The translations under genes and the position numbers were made by a program. A DNA stretch of 63,917 nucleotides, filler included, from an uncultured Methanoregulaceae archaeon (GTDB lineage Archaea; Halobacteriota; Methanomicrobia; Methanomicrobiales; Methanospirillaceae): NCBI GenBank assembly GCA_964530035.1. It is 9 parts of 9 records of this genome, joined end to end, with 100 filler letters (N's around TTAATTAATTAA, not from the genome) between each part and the next. Parts side by side here need not be neighbours in the genome. Positions count along the whole stretch, not along the records: positions 1 to 7,489 come from CAZGXZ010000130.1; positions 7,590 to 15,032 come from CAZGXZ010000131.1; 7 more parts are not named here. The stretch is one strand, 5' to 3'. Below, in pieces: positions 1-9,693 of this stretch. The notes under the pieces are model-generated. The model was not told the origin of the DNA. It searched no databases and worked only from the letters and a program-made list of their open reading frames with translations. Numbering within the stretch: the first letter of the stretch is position 1; each line of letters starts with the position of its first letter.

Positions 1-1050
1 CCGCGGAATGCATATCAGAGATACAACGCTGCGACCAACTCGACAGACAGGACATTATATACCTATATGGGGACGCTTCTCCCCCATCATGGAAATGTCA
101 CCTATTCAGGCGCAGGGCTTCTGAACCCACTGAGTAATGATCCCGGTTTTTCAGTAATCGGATCAGGCACGCCCCTGTTTCTTGGCGGCGCCCCGGGCGT
201 GGTGATAGGCGAGGGGACGCAGCACTCACCGGCGGGCGGCTTTGGGACGCTCATGGTCACCGCGGACCTTTCCAGGATGTCATCGGAGTATGTCCGCGCC
301 GCCACGATGTACGGGTACGGGGTGACCCTGTAATTGGGCGGGGGGATTCCCATCCCTGTTATCAACGAGCTGGTGGTCTGTAACTGCGCTGTGACCGACG
401 ATCAGATCAGCGTTGACCTCGTTGATTATGGTATACCGTCCCGCAACAGGCCGACAGTTCGTAAGGTCACCTATGCTGACCTGAAAAGCGGATCAGTCGA
501 AATTAACGGTGAGGAGGTCCGGGCATCCTCTCTCTCAAGCCTGCGCAGGGCCCGGCGTGTGGCCGCTGAACTTGCGGAATGGGTCCGTTCGGGAAAAATC
601 GGGGTATCTTTGCCTACACGTCCGATCAACCCCAATAAAAAGGCTCATCCGATGCATGAAACAATCCGCGCTCCCCGGGTGGGCGACATCATGGACCGCC
701 GTGTGATCAGGATCGTCGAGACCGAAGAGATCCGCGCTGCCGCAAAGAAACTCCTGAAAGGCGAGACAAACCATATCCCGGTCATCAATAACGAAGACAG
801 GCTTGTAGGGATCATTACAACGTATGATATCAGCAAGGCTGTGGTCTGGCCGGGAAAGGCTTCCATGGTCAAGGACGTGATGACGAGGGACGTCATCACG
901 ACAACCCAGGAGGAACCAGTAGACATTGCGGCGCGAAAACTTGAACAGCATAATATCAGCGCCCTTCCTGTCGTCGATGACCAGAGGAGGGTGGTGGCGA
1001 TGCTGACCGCCATAGACCTTGGCAAGCTCTTCCGGGGGAAGCACCGATGA
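1..1050 (+). CDS. Homocysteine biosynthesis enzyme / L-aspartate semialdehyde sulfurtransferase (DUF39 + 2 CBS domains; MA1821/MJ0100 family), 5'-truncated, with an in-frame TAA at 331-333
   Basis: Frame 1 reads [40 protein letters not shown] and continues in the same frame after the stop with GIPIPVINE and a C-terminal CBS pair. It sits upstream of a NIL-ferredoxin gene. Confidence 0.88.
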
Positions 1051-1436
1051 AACTCATGATCACCTTCTCAAAGAAGGAAGGCAGGAAACCGATTATAGCG
1101 CAGGCGGTCAAGGACACAGGTGTCCTCATCAATGTTGAACGGGCCTTCATCGATTCCTCGGAGGGAGAAGCCCTGATCGATGTACCTGACGACCAGTGTG
1201 CGCTTGTCAGGGAGCGGATGGAAGCCCTCGGAGCGTCCGTCAGGGTGCTTGAACATGGAATCACCCTGGATGATGACGAGTGTGTTGACTGTGGCGCTTG
1301 TGTCAGTGTCTGCCCAAGGGAGGTTTTTTCATTGGACACAGGGGGAAAACTGGTCGTAGACGAGGAGAGATGTGTCATATGCGGCAAGTGCATCAAGGCA
1401 TGCCCGCATAGGGCACTCTCCCTGAGGTTTGAGTAA
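1047..1436 (+). CDS. NIL domain + 2x[4Fe-4S] ferredoxin (MA1822-like partner of the homocysteine synthase)
   Basis: N-terminal NIL-like domain (VLINVERA); CVDCGACVSVCP and CVICGKCIKACP motifs; ATGA overlap with the upstream gene. Confidence 0.9.
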   Translation: MKLMITFSKKEGRKPIIAQAVKDTGVLINVERAFIDSSEGEALIDVPDDQCALVRERMEALGASVRVLEHGITLDDDECVDCGACVSVCPREVFSLDTGGKLVVDEERCVICGKCIKACPHRALSLRFE

Positions 1437-1441
1437 GCCTG

Positions 1442-2155
1442 ATGATACGGAGGCATTTTGCCTTTAAAGAAACATTTGCCGCGATACTTGCCGATTCTGA
1501 TGAATACGTAACACTGGCGATCCGCGGGATGATGGAGGCAAGGAGTGAGATCGAGGCCTGTATCGCAAAAGATCCTTTTTTCGGGGTCACATTCCACCCT
1601 TATGAACCCGAAACAACGAGCAGCATTGTCCACCTGATGTCCCAAGCTGCGTCTGAGGCCGATGTCGGGCCTATGGCGGCGGTCGCCGGCGCAATAGCTG
1701 CGTCCGGAGTGCAGGCAATGCAGGACGGCGGAGCACGGTTTGGTGTTATCGATAATGGAGGTGATGTCGCTTTTTTTGGTGACCGGTCACTTAGGGTGGG
1801 CCTTTTCGCGGGAGATGCACCGCTCTCCGGAAAACGTGCATTCATCGTCCCCCCTTCCGAAACAATTACAGGCATCTGTACCTCATCGGCAACCGTGGGA
1901 CCCTCCGTCTCCCTTGGAGTGGCGGATTCTGTAACGGTCTTTGCGACTGACCCCTTCGCTGCCGATGCATGGGCCACGGCCTTATGCAATGCAATCCGGA
2001 AAGACGACACATCGATAACGGAATACCTCAGTGGGACCAGGGTAAATGGATTTTTTGCCGTTATTGGGGAATGGACATACTCATGGGGAGATGTGCCGCC
2101 TCTTGTGCCTGCACATGTCGATTCAACATTGATAACTTCTGGAAAAAAATCATAG
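1442..2155 (+). CDS. UPF0280 / ApbE-like protein (COG2122, MA1715-like, sulfide assimilation)
   Basis: VGPMAAVAGAIA, IDNGGD, GICTSSATVGPSVSLG and ADAWATALCN motifs. Confidence 0.9.
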   Translation: MIRRHFAFKETFAAILADSDEYVTLAIRGMMEARSEIEACIAKDPFFGVTFHPYEPETTSSIVHLMSQAASEADVGPMAAVAGAIAASGVQAMQDGGARFGVIDNGGDVAFFGDRSLRVGLFAGDAPLSGKRAFIVPPSETITGICTSSATVGPSVSLGVADSVTVFATDPFAADAWATALCNAIRKDDTSITEYLSGTRVNGFFAVIGEWTYSWGDVPPLVPAHVDSTLITSGKKS

Positions 2156-2566
2156 ACCGATATTCTCGTCGATAAATGCCCTAGACCGGGAGGGGGCATC
2201 CCTCCCCCGGAATGAGGCAAGGATATCACTCCCGTCGGTGACGTCAATCATCCCTTCGCCATCCCGTATCATGAACACGACCTCGAGGAGGTCGACCTCT
2301 GCTATCAATACCCCATCGATAAGTTCCGATGCCGGTTCAAGCATCATCCTGTCACGGGCGAGATCATCAGGCTCGCTCCTGAAGAACCATATCCATGCCT
2401 GGTACGCGTTGAGAAAATCGGATGTGACCAGCGCCTGCGCGGTTGGAATCCCCATTCCATCTAGTACATCCGCCAGCCTGAATGCATCGTCACCCCCCTT
2501 TTCAAGAGCCAAGTCTGCCAGATCAGCAAGTTCCTCCTGGGATAAGGATTGGCCGGGTCCTTCCAT
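2150..2566 (-). CDS. Conserved hypothetical acidic protein
   Basis: 138-aa ATG ORF with protein-like composition, filling the space between neighbouring genes. Confidence 0.6.
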   Translation of the reverse strand: MEGPGQSLSQEELADLADLALEKGGDDAFRLADVLDGMGIPTAQALVTSDFLNAYQAWIWFFRSEPDDLARDRMMLEPASELIDGVLIAEVDLLEVVFMIRDGEGMIDVTDGSDILASFRGRDAPSRSRAFIDENIGL

Positions 2567-2683
2567 GACGGAAAAGGTATGACGCCCAGTTCAATAAAAG
2601 GTCCCGCCATGGGAAAAATACCCGGGAGTACATGAATGCGCCGTCCTGAAAGGTATAATCCCCGCCAGGGGAAACATCTGATT

Positions 2684-2971
2684 ATGAAAGAGGAGGACAG
2701 GGACTGGATTATCTACCACCTTGCCATACGCACAACCCACTCCAGGTTTGGTGACCTTGTCCGTGAGTCAGGCTTCTCCGAGGATCTTGTCCGTGATTCA
2801 GTGTCCAGGCTTGAAAAAAACTTCCTTATCGAGGTTGCAGGTGACGAGATACGTGGGCTTTCAGTCGGAGAGTCCCTCGTCAGGTGCCAATGCAGGTACA
2901 TGGAGGACTCTCCGGTATCATTTGAGAACGGGATAATCAGGGCCCGCAGGAAGGGTGAAGAGGGTGAGTGA
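2684..2971 (+). CDS. Small winged-helix (MarR-like) protein
   Basis: DWIIYH...[27 protein letters not shown] resembles a wHTH; overlaps the start of trm56. Confidence 0.65.
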   Translation: MKEEDRDWIIYHLAIRTTHSRFGDLVRESGFSEDLVRDSVSRLEKNFLIEVAGDEIRGLSVGESLVRCQCRYMEDSPVSFENGIIRARRKGEEGE

Positions 2972-3497
2972 CAGGAACGAGGTCGTTGTCCTCAGGATCG
3001 GACACAGGCCACAGCGTGACGCAAGGGTGACCACGCATGTAGGCCTGACTGCGAGGGCACTCGGGGCACGGGGGATGTTCCTCGCTACGAAGGACAGTGG
3101 GGTCATACGATCGATACTCGACGTTTCAGGGCGTTTCGGGGGCAATTTCTTTGTAGAAGACGGGAAAGGCTGGAGATCATGCATCAATGAGTGGAAATCC
3201 GGCGGAGGCACGGTTGTCCACCTCACGATGTACGGTCTGAACCTTCCGGACGTTGAAGCCGAAATCAGGGAACATGAGCGTATTCTTGTTGTCGTGGGCG
3301 CTGAAAAGGTTCCAGGTGAGGTGTACGGGCTTGCCGACTACAATGTTGCAGTGGGAAACCAGCCGCATTCAGAGATAGCGGCCCTGGCAATATTCCTTGA
3401 CCATTATTACACGGGAAGTACGCTCTCAAAACAGTATTCCGATGCACGTGTCACCATTATCCCTTCAGCCCATGGGAAGACAACGCAGGAACGGTGA
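2964..3497 (+). CDS. trm56: tRNA (cytidine56-2'-O)-methyltransferase
   Basis: [41 protein letters not shown] and [13 protein letters not shown] motifs. Confidence 0.95.
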   Translation: MSDRNEVVVLRIGHRPQRDARVTTHVGLTARALGARGMFLATKDSGVIRSILDVSGRFGGNFFVEDGKGWRSCINEWKSGGGTVVHLTMYGLNLPDVEAEIREHERILVVVGAEKVPGEVYGLADYNVAVGNQPHSEIAALAIFLDHYYTGSTLSKQYSDARVTIIPSAHGKTTQER

Positions 3498-3503
3498 ACC
3501 GGC

Positions 3504-4580
3504 TTGTCAGGAGAACGCGTCCTTATCGCCGGCTTTTCAACCCGTCACGTGGCTGTATCCGCCTTCCGGGCGGGTTTTTCAGTGAGCTGCATCGACCATT
3601 TCTGTGATGCTGATCTTCAGAAAATCGCTGACCCGTGTGTCAGGTTCGACACCCTTGAACAACTCGGGAAAATTATTCAGAAAACTGCTGATGATGTAGG
3701 TCCTGACTGGTTTGTCCCTACATCCGGAGCCGAACTTCTGGACCCGGGGCTTAGGCGCCTCGGTTCTCCCCCTTCCAAAATACAGCCATTCATAGACAAG
3801 CGGCGCACTTCACGGTTCTTTCAGATGCATGGCATACCGAGTGCGAGAGAGCTCCCAAAGGGGGCATACCCCGCATTTCTCAAGCCCGCAGACGGATCGG
3901 GAGGGTGGAGAAATGCTGTTGTTCATAACGGACAGCAGGAATCGACCTGGGAATCCCTTTTTCCTGGTACTCCGTATCTCCGCCAGGAGGTGGTGAAGGG
4001 TCTCCCGGCAAGCGTATGCTGCGTGGCAGATGGAAATCGGGCAGTTGCCATTGCAACCAATGAGCAGATGATGCGCGGTTCGGATGACGCACCCTTCGGT
4101 TTCGCAGGGTCCGTCACGCCCCTCGGCCATCCGGGGTCAGCGACAATCGCAGAGTTGGCCGAGCGTATAGCCGCGTCATCAGGGCTGAAAGGATGTATCG
4201 GGATCGACTTCCTGGTAACACCCCGGGATATCAGAGCAATTGAGATCAACCCCAGGTTCCAGGGGACCGTTGATACCGTTGAAGCGGCAACCGGCTTTAA
4301 CCTGTTCAGGCTCCATTATGACGCCTGTCGCGGCAGGCTACCCGAACGACGGCCAGTTCCCACTTGTTATGCGGCGAGAAAGATCATTTTTGCCGAAAGG
4401 CCGGTTACAGTCAGGCACTCCCCTGGGTCATGGCCCCGGTACGTATCTGATATTCCATGGCAGGGAACTGCTTTTGAAAAAGGGGACGCGGTCGTTTCGG
4501 TGACTGCTGTAGGCAGCACGCGGGCCGGGTGTATGGGTCGCCTGCGTAACCATATTACCGCCGTCCAACAAATGTTCTAG
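3504..4580 (+). CDS. ATP-grasp domain protein (COG2232-like)
   Basis: GFSTRHVA..A, DHFCDADL, LKPADGSGG, QEVVKG, GIDF and IEINPRFQG motifs. Confidence 0.85.
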   Translation: MSGERVLIAGFSTRHVAVSAFRAGFSVSCIDHFCDADLQKIADPCVRFDTLEQLGKIIQKTADDVGPDWFVPTSGAELLDPGLRRLGSPPSKIQPFIDKRRTSRFFQMHGIPSARELPKGAYPAFLKPADGSGGWRNAVVHNGQQESTWESLFPGTPYLRQEVVKGLPASVCCVADGNRAVAIATNEQMMRGSDDAPFGFAGSVTPLGHPGSATIAELAERIAASSGLKGCIGIDFLVTPRDIRAIEINPRFQGTVDTVEAATGFNLFRLHYDACRGRLPERRPVPTCYAARKIIFAERPVTVRHSPGSWPRYVSDIPWQGTAFEKGDAVVSVTAVGSTRAGCMGRLRNHITAVQQMF

Positions 4581-4582
4581 CA

Positions 4583-5104
4583 ATGGTCACCGTCGAGGAA
4601 GTACTTGCCGACCGGGCGATCGTCGCCTATCTCAACCGGCTTGTCGGCGAAGAGGGCATTGAACTCCTCCGGAGATTTCCAAAAGAAGGGGAGTTTAGTG
4701 ACGAGGACCTCGCTGCCGAGACCGGGATTAACCTCAACTCTGTCCGCCATACCCTGTACACGCTCTATGAAAAACGCCTAGCAGAATACCGGCGAATCAA
4801 GAACAACGAAACCGGATGGCTCACGTACCTCTGGCAGATCCGGGTGGACAACATCCACGGGGCCATCATCGAGGACATGAAGATGATCCTTGAAAAACTC
4901 CGGATCAGGGAGAAATACGAGGAAGAAAACGATTTTTACAAGTGCAAGGAGTGCCACGCGATCCTAACCTTCAACCGGGTCATGGATGCCGAATTTACAT
5001 GCCCGGAGTGTGGAGGACCGATAGAACACTATGACAACAGCCCTATCCTGACCGCCCTCAAGCGCAGGATTGAGCTGATCCAGCAGTCGATAGCACAGGA
5101 ATAG
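4583..5104 (+). CDS. tfe: Transcription factor E (TFIIE alpha homologue)
   Basis: wHTH (SDEDLAAETGINLNSVRHTLYTLY, GWLTYLW) plus Zn ribbon CKEC...CPECG. Confidence 0.95.
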   Translation: MVTVEEVLADRAIVAYLNRLVGEEGIELLRRFPKEGEFSDEDLAAETGINLNSVRHTLYTLYEKRLAEYRRIKNNETGWLTYLWQIRVDNIHGAIIEDMKMILEKLRIREKYEEENDFYKCKECHAILTFNRVMDAEFTCPECGGPIEHYDNSPILTALKRRIELIQQSIAQE

Positions 5105-5115
5105 GTTTTTACCTG

Positions 5116-5631
5116 ATGTCAGATACGGCGTGGTGCCCTGACGAGGAGGAATGCGTGGACCTCCTCCGTTCAGCCGGCTGCAGTGCCAGGGTTATCGGGC
5201 ACTGCCGGTCTGTCACTGTCCTGGCACACGGGATGGCAGTCAGGTCAGGAGTTGCAGACCCGCAACGGGTCCTTGCCGGGGCAATGCTCCATGACATAGG
5301 CAGGGGTTTCTCCCATTCCCTTCACCATGCCCAGGTAGGAGCTGATTACTGCCGAGAAAACGGGATCATGGAGGAAATCGCCAGGATGGTTGAGTGCCAT
5401 ACGGGAGCCGGGCTTACCGCTGATGAATGTGCACTCCTTGGGCTGCTTTCACGTGACTGTATGCCCTCAACCCTTGCAGAGAAGATCGTTGCACATGCCG
5501 ACAACCTCGTCAAGGGTACAAAAACAATCTCGGTGGAAACCAGGATCCTGAAAGCATACCATCTTCCAGGCCGTGTTCGCAAAAGGATATACCGGCTTGC
5601 GCTCGAGGTCGGGACAGCCTGTGAGAGCTAA
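5116..5631 (+). CDS. HD-domain phosphohydrolase (TIGR00295 family)
   Basis: H...LHDIGR..H...HTGAG...AEKIVAHADNL; typical neighbour of tfe. Confidence 0.85.
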   Translation: MSDTAWCPDEEECVDLLRSAGCSARVIGHCRSVTVLAHGMAVRSGVADPQRVLAGAMLHDIGRGFSHSLHHAQVGADYCRENGIMEEIARMVECHTGAGLTADECALLGLLSRDCMPSTLAEKIVAHADNLVKGTKTISVETRILKAYHLPGRVRKRIYRLALEVGTACES

Positions 5632-5777
5632 CACCCCTTTTTCCCCTCGTGCCCTGACGAGGACCCTGGAATAACATGGAACGGGTAATTCAATATTGGC
5701 CCAAAACCTTACCTGCTGCCCCAGCCCTTGTTCCAGGTCTTCAGAAGCAGGAACCATGCCAAAAGAGGAATGACGTC

Positions 5778-6047
5778 CTAGCGGATCGATTTGTACCTGG
5801 TTTTCTGGGTGACCCTGTCCTTGACCTGTTTGAACTCTGTCTTGACCATTTTCACTGAGAGCGGACTGCCACCGGCCCCAAGGGCGGTCTGGTACTGTGA
5901 CCAGCTGTTCTGTGTCGAGCTGATGCTTGACGAGAGGGTACTGGAAGGCAGGTTTCCATTACAACCGCCGCCTGCTGATACGGGGGCTGAAAAAGCGAGA
6001 ACCAGGCCTGCTGCAATAAGGATAATCACTATGCTGCTACGGTTCAT
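5778..6047 (-). CDS. Small secreted hypothetical protein
   Basis: Signal peptide MNRSSIVIILIAAGLVLAFSAPVSA; TATA-like TTTTTATA about 25-30 nt upstream on the minus strand. Confidence 0.6.
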   Translation of the reverse strand: MNRSSIVIILIAAGLVLAFSAPVSAGGGCNGNLPSSTLSSSISSTQNSWSQYQTALGAGGSPLSVKMVKTEFKQVKDRVTQKTRYKSIR

Positions 6048-6209
6048 TGTCAGTAGAAGGTGTACCTGACATATAAAAATCCTGTTGCTAAACCCGGGGT
6101 ATTGAATATTCAGAGTATTGGGTATGACGTAGCAGGATCATGAGATGGGCCAGGAAAAATACGGAAATGTCATTTTTCTGGCACGGCTTTCTAGCCCTAC
6201 CCAGGAAAT

Positions 6210-6710
6210 CTAGATCATCACCTGCCTGACCTGGGGGAGGTTCCGGATCTCCTCAACCGTGCCAACCGGCAACGGCTCGTTCATGATAATTACCAGCCTG
6301 GGTTCCTCGGCAAGGAGCGGATCGGTGACAAAGATCTGCCGTATCGACAGGTTGTGGCGGGTCATGACCTCCACGCAGGCGCCTACAATGCCCTGCTCGC
6401 GGGCATCCCGGGGAAGTATGACAATAATACTCAGGCCAAGTGCCTCGGCAATACCGGTCAGGTCAGGGGTCGCCCGCATGTTCAGGAATATCTCCCTGAG
6501 CCCGGGGCTGGCGAGGATACGGGCGGCAGTGGCATCGACAACCCTCCGGTCCGTGTGGAGGACCTTCGAGACCTGCGTAGAGGGTATGGGTATACCGTTA
6601 CAGGCAATCCTCCCTTCAGAATTCACCGAGAATCCATTTTCGAGAAGAAACCTGGCTACTTTTGCCTGTGAGGGAGAGTCTGAAAAAGCAGCGATTATCT
6701 CAGACCACAT
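6210..6710 (-). CDS. ACT-domain regulator of amino acid metabolism (COG2150)
   Basis: MW..I...F...P...KVARFLLENGFSV, DRRVVDAT, and C-terminal ACT domain (SIRQIFVTDP). Confidence 0.88.
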   Translation of the reverse strand: MWSEIIAAFSDSPSQAKVARFLLENGFSVNSEGRIACNGIPIPSTQVSKVLHTDRRVVDATAARILASPGLREIFLNMRATPDLTGIAEALGLSIIVILPRDAREQGIVGACVEVMTRHNLSIRQIFVTDPLLAEEPRLVIIMNEPLPVGTVEEIRNLPQVRQVMI

Positions 6711-7047
6711 TCTGTATCGATCTTTGGGTAACGACTATAAATGCACTTTGATGTCCCAATATCTTCACCTTGAGTCCTACTATACCATGGTAAAATGAAC
6801 CGTCCACTCTGCAGGAACATTGTCAGAAGATCGGGGAACATGATGTTTCACCGGGAATGACCATGGATCGCACATACCGCATCATGCTGATGCAAACCCG
6901 TGATAAAAATCCCTGGATATTGTCTTTCAGGCCTTGTCTTGAGCCATGCCAGCCGGGATTGATTTCAGATACCATTACCGCCCGTTAGGGGATTTGATGA
7001 TGAACATGAGGTATGGGGGCACGGAGCGCTGGGTTATGGATACCTTC

Positions 7048-7056
7048 TTTAATAAA
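7048..7056 (+). promoter_or_regulatory. TATA box of tRNA-Leu
   Basis: TTTAATAAA about 26-34 nt upstream of the tRNA. Confidence 0.55.
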
Positions 7057-7081
7057 GGAGTCCTATCTATTCAGGCCAAAT

Positions 7082-7166
7082 GCGAGGGTAGCCAAGCCAG
7101 GTCAAAGGCGCTAGCTTGAGGGGTTAGTCTCGTAGGAGTTCTTGGGTTCGAATCCCATCCCTCGCA
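7082..7166 (+). tRNA. tRNA-Leu (anticodon GAG)
   Basis: Acceptor stem GCGAGGG/CCCTCGC-A; anticodon arm CTAGC-TTGAGGG-GTTAG; long variable arm; GGTTCGAATCC T-loop. Confidence 0.96.
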
Positions 7167-7204
7167 TCAGAGTTTCTTTTCTCAAGGATGTTTGATTATA
7201 ATTT

Positions 7205-7489
7205 GGCTCCGTTGAAATCCTCCCTGTCTTCATTTTTATTCACCCCATTATGCGAGGTCTCCTTCAGCGGCTATTCCGATCATGGGGTTTCCTATGAAAA
7301 TGGTAAAAATGGCCTCATAATAAGGATATTTAAAGGGGAATTTTCATCGTTTGGGTGTGAACTTCAGTTCATGTGCATTGTAATAGAGTCGATTTTTTTG
7401 CTTTTACCATTAACAGGCAGATGATCAAAGGGTTTGGGAACGGGGGGGGGGGGGGGGGGCGCCCCCCCCCCCCCCCCCCAACACCCCCA
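7205..7489 (-). repeat. Copy of the dispersed MITE-like composite repeat (module C 7205-7390 plus part of module B), running into the contig end
   Basis: Reverse complement aligns by eye with 28100-28351 and 30240-30480; ends GGCTCCGTTGAAAT ... TTGTAATAGAGTC. Confidence 0.85.
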
Positions 7490-7589
7490 NNNNNNNNNNN
7501 NNNNNNNNNNNNNNNNNNNNNNNNNNNNNNNNNTTAATTAATTAANNNNNNNNNNNNNNNNNNNNNNNNNNNNNNNNNNNNNNNNNNNN
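7490..7589. other. Artificial contig linker (N-TTAATTAATTAA-N); also at 15033-15132, 22532-22631, 30013-30112, 37460-37559, 44888-44987, 52250-52349 and 59593-59692
   Basis: Identical 100-bp spacers with stop codons in all six frames; contig lengths decrease monotonically. Confidence 0.98.
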
Positions 7590-7591
7590 TC

Positions 7592-8263
7592 AAGGTCACC
7601 ATCCTCACACCCGGGGTCAACGACGACGGGACGATAAGTGAGTCCGGTATCCCGGCTGCAGTGGTCGTCCGGTTCCTCGACACCCGGGGGATCGTCAACG
7701 AGAAATCGGGAGACTACAGCATCCTGTTCCTCTTTTCCGTCGGCATTACGAAGGGGAAGTGGGGAACACTCATTTCCGAGCTGTTCGAGTTCAAGCGGCT
7801 GTTTGATGCTGGTACACCCCTTGAAGAGGTGTTCCCGGACCTCGTGGCCGCGTACCCCGATCGTTACGGGGGGATGTCACTTCCGGGACTTGCACGCGAG
7901 ATGCATGAATTCAAGCGCCGTACACGCCAGGGCGAGCTTCTCCAGGAGGCGTTTGCCACCCTCCCGCTACCAGTTATGACCTATGCACAGGCGTACAAGA
8001 AACTGGTCCGGGGTGAGGTGGAACAGGTCCAGGTAAGCAGGATGGGGGGGAGGACTGCCGCAACGGGTATCGTGCCTTACCCCCCGGGCATACCCCTGGT
8101 GCAGCCAGGAGAAATGGTCGGAGAGCAGGATGGCCCGGTACTCCAGTACCTTTCCGTCCTCCAGGCGTTTGATGTGCAGTTCCCGGGCTTTTCCCATGAC
8201 ATCCACGGTGTCGAACAGAGAATGGGCGAGTACTATGTCTATTGCACAAGGGAGGGGCGATAA
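7592..8263 (+). CDS. adiA: Orn/Lys/Arg decarboxylase (AdiA-like), C-terminal part, 5'-truncated
   Basis: KVTILTPG..GIPAAVV.RFL..RGIVNEKSGDY.ILFLFSVGITKGKWGTLI; IVPYPPGIP..PGE; FPGFSHDIHG. Confidence 0.85.
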   Translation, partial: KVTILTPGVNDDGTISESGIPAAVVVRFLDTRGIVNEKSGDYSILFLFSVGITKGKWGTLISELFEFKRLFDAGTPLEEVFPDLVAAYPDRYGGMSLPGLAREMHEFKRRTRQGELLQEAFATLPLPVMTYAQAYKKLVRGEVEQVQVSRMGGRTAATGIVPYPPGIPLVQPGEMVGEQDGPVLQYLSVLQAFDVQFPGFSHDIHGVEQRMGEYYVYCTREGR

Positions 8264-9693
8264 TGAACGAAACGACCGGTGAAAACGTACCGGCGCCTGA
8301 GAAAAAAATGCTGGGCCTCTTCACCCTCGCCATGATCAACGTGGCTGCCGTTCTCAGTATCAGGAACTTTCCCTCGATGGCGACGTATGGCTGGTCATGC
8401 ATCGGGTGGTACCTTATCGGGACAATCCTGTTCCTGGTCCCGATCTCACTTGCCGGGGCGGAACTCGCGACCGGGTGGCCGGAGGGCGGTGGCGTCTATG
8501 CCTGGGTCAGGCAGGCATTCGGGGAAAAGGGGGGGTTTGTTGCCCTCTTCTGCGAATGGTCGAACAACCTCGTGTGGTTTCCAACGGTGCTCTCGTTCAT
8601 CGCATCCACCCTGGCGTTTGCCATAACTCCTGATCTTGCGGAAAACTCCCTCTACATGTTCGGAGTCATGATGGTTGCATTCTGGGGGACGACGCTGATT
8701 GCCTGTTTCGGTGAGGAGACCTCGAACAGGTTCAGCAATATCGGGGTGATACTGGGAAGCATCATCCCCGCTGTCCTGATCATCATCCTGGGTATATGGT
8801 GGCTGGTTTCGGGAGCCACCCTGGTCCTTCCCGCTTTCACGCCTGGAGCAATAGTCCCGGTGATCGACCTGTCCACGCTCCCGTTCTTTGCGACCATCAT
8901 CCTGCTCTTCGCAGGAATGGAAATGGCAGGATTTCATGCACTCGAGGTGAAGGACCCCCAAAGGGACTTTCCAAGGGCCATGGGCATATCCGCGGTCATC
9001 ATCCTTGTATGCACGGTCCTCGCCACCCTCTCCATCGCCTTTGTCATCCCGGCCGACCAGCTCAACCTGGCATCCGGTGTCATGCAGGCAATAGAGTACT
9101 TCCTTGATGCGGCCCACATACCCGGCCTGGTGGGCCCGATGGCGGTCCTCATCACCATCGGCGGGGTGGTCTCGCTTGCCGCCTGGTTGATTGGTCCGGC
9201 GAAAGGCCTTGGCGTGGTGGCCGAAGAAGGCAACATGCCACCGATGTTTGACAGGACGAACCGGTACGGGGCCCCGGTGGCGGTCCTCGTAACCCAGGCT
9301 GTCATCGGCTCAGCGATCTCCCTCCTGTATGTATTCATGCCTTCGGTAAACCAGGCTTACTGGATCCTTTCTGCCATGACCGTGGAACTCCTCTGCATCG
9401 TTTATTTCCTCGTGTTTGCATCGCTTATCAGGCTCAGGTACAGCCAGCCCGATACACCGAGGGCCTTCACCATCCCTGGAGGAAAGGCCGGAACATGGTT
9501 GATAGGCGGAATGGGGATAGCCGGGGTTGTCCTTGCGTTCGTAGTCGGTCTCATGCCCCCTTCGTATTTCCCCAGTGCTGCGGGCTACGTGGGTGCCGTC
9601 CTGATCGGGACGTTTCTGCTCGCGGCACCGCCGCTCGTGTTCCTGAAGATGAAAAAACCTGAATGGATAAAAAAATCCCGGGAGGCATCATGA
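8263..9693 (+). CDS. APC-family amino acid antiporter (GadC-like)
   Basis: About 12 TM segments; AAVLSIRNFP, ELATGWPEGGGVYAWV..AFG and GMEMAGFHA..VKDPQRDFP motifs; TAATG coupling to the decarboxylase. Confidence 0.9.
   Translation: MNETTGENVPAPEKKMLGLFTLAMINVAAVLSIRNFPSMATYGWSCIGWYLIGTILFLVPISLAGAELATGWPEGGGVYAWVRQAFGEKGGFVALFCEWSNNLVWFPTVLSFIASTLAFAITPDLAENSLYMFGVMMVAFWGTTLIACFGEETSNRFSNIGVILGSIIPAVLIIILGIWWLVSGATLVLPAFTPGAIVPVIDLSTLPFFATIILLFAGMEMAGFHALEVKDPQRDFPRAMGISAVIILVCTVLATLSIAFVIPADQLNLASGVMQAIEYFLDAAHIPGLVGPMAVLITIGGVVSLAAWLIGPAKGLGVVAEEGNMPPMFDRTNRYGAPVAVLVTQAVIGSAISLLYVFMPSVNQAYWILSAMTVELLCIVYFLVFASLIRLRYSQPDTPRAFTIPGGKAGTWLIGGMGIAGVVLAFVVGLMPPSYFPSAAGYVGAVLIGTFLLAAPPLVFLKMKKPEWIKKSREAS

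Noticed and set aside
331..333. Pyrrolysine or selenocysteine recoding
   Set aside because: The codon is TAA, not TAG or TGA, and no pyl or sel genes are visible.
6995..7045. Possible C/D box sRNA (ATGATGA) upstream of tRNA-Leu
   Set aside because: No CTGA D box at a suitable distance.
7188..7424. Short ORFs within repeat copies (7188-7424, 27721-28128, 27957-28184, 30150-30437, 51870-52073)
   Set aside because: Frames are not preserved between copies and there are no transposase motifs; the similarity is at DNA level only.
7534..7545. Recurrent TTAATTAATTAA palindrome as a biological repeat or CRISPR repeat
   Set aside because: It is always centred in N runs; it is an artificial six-frame stop linker.
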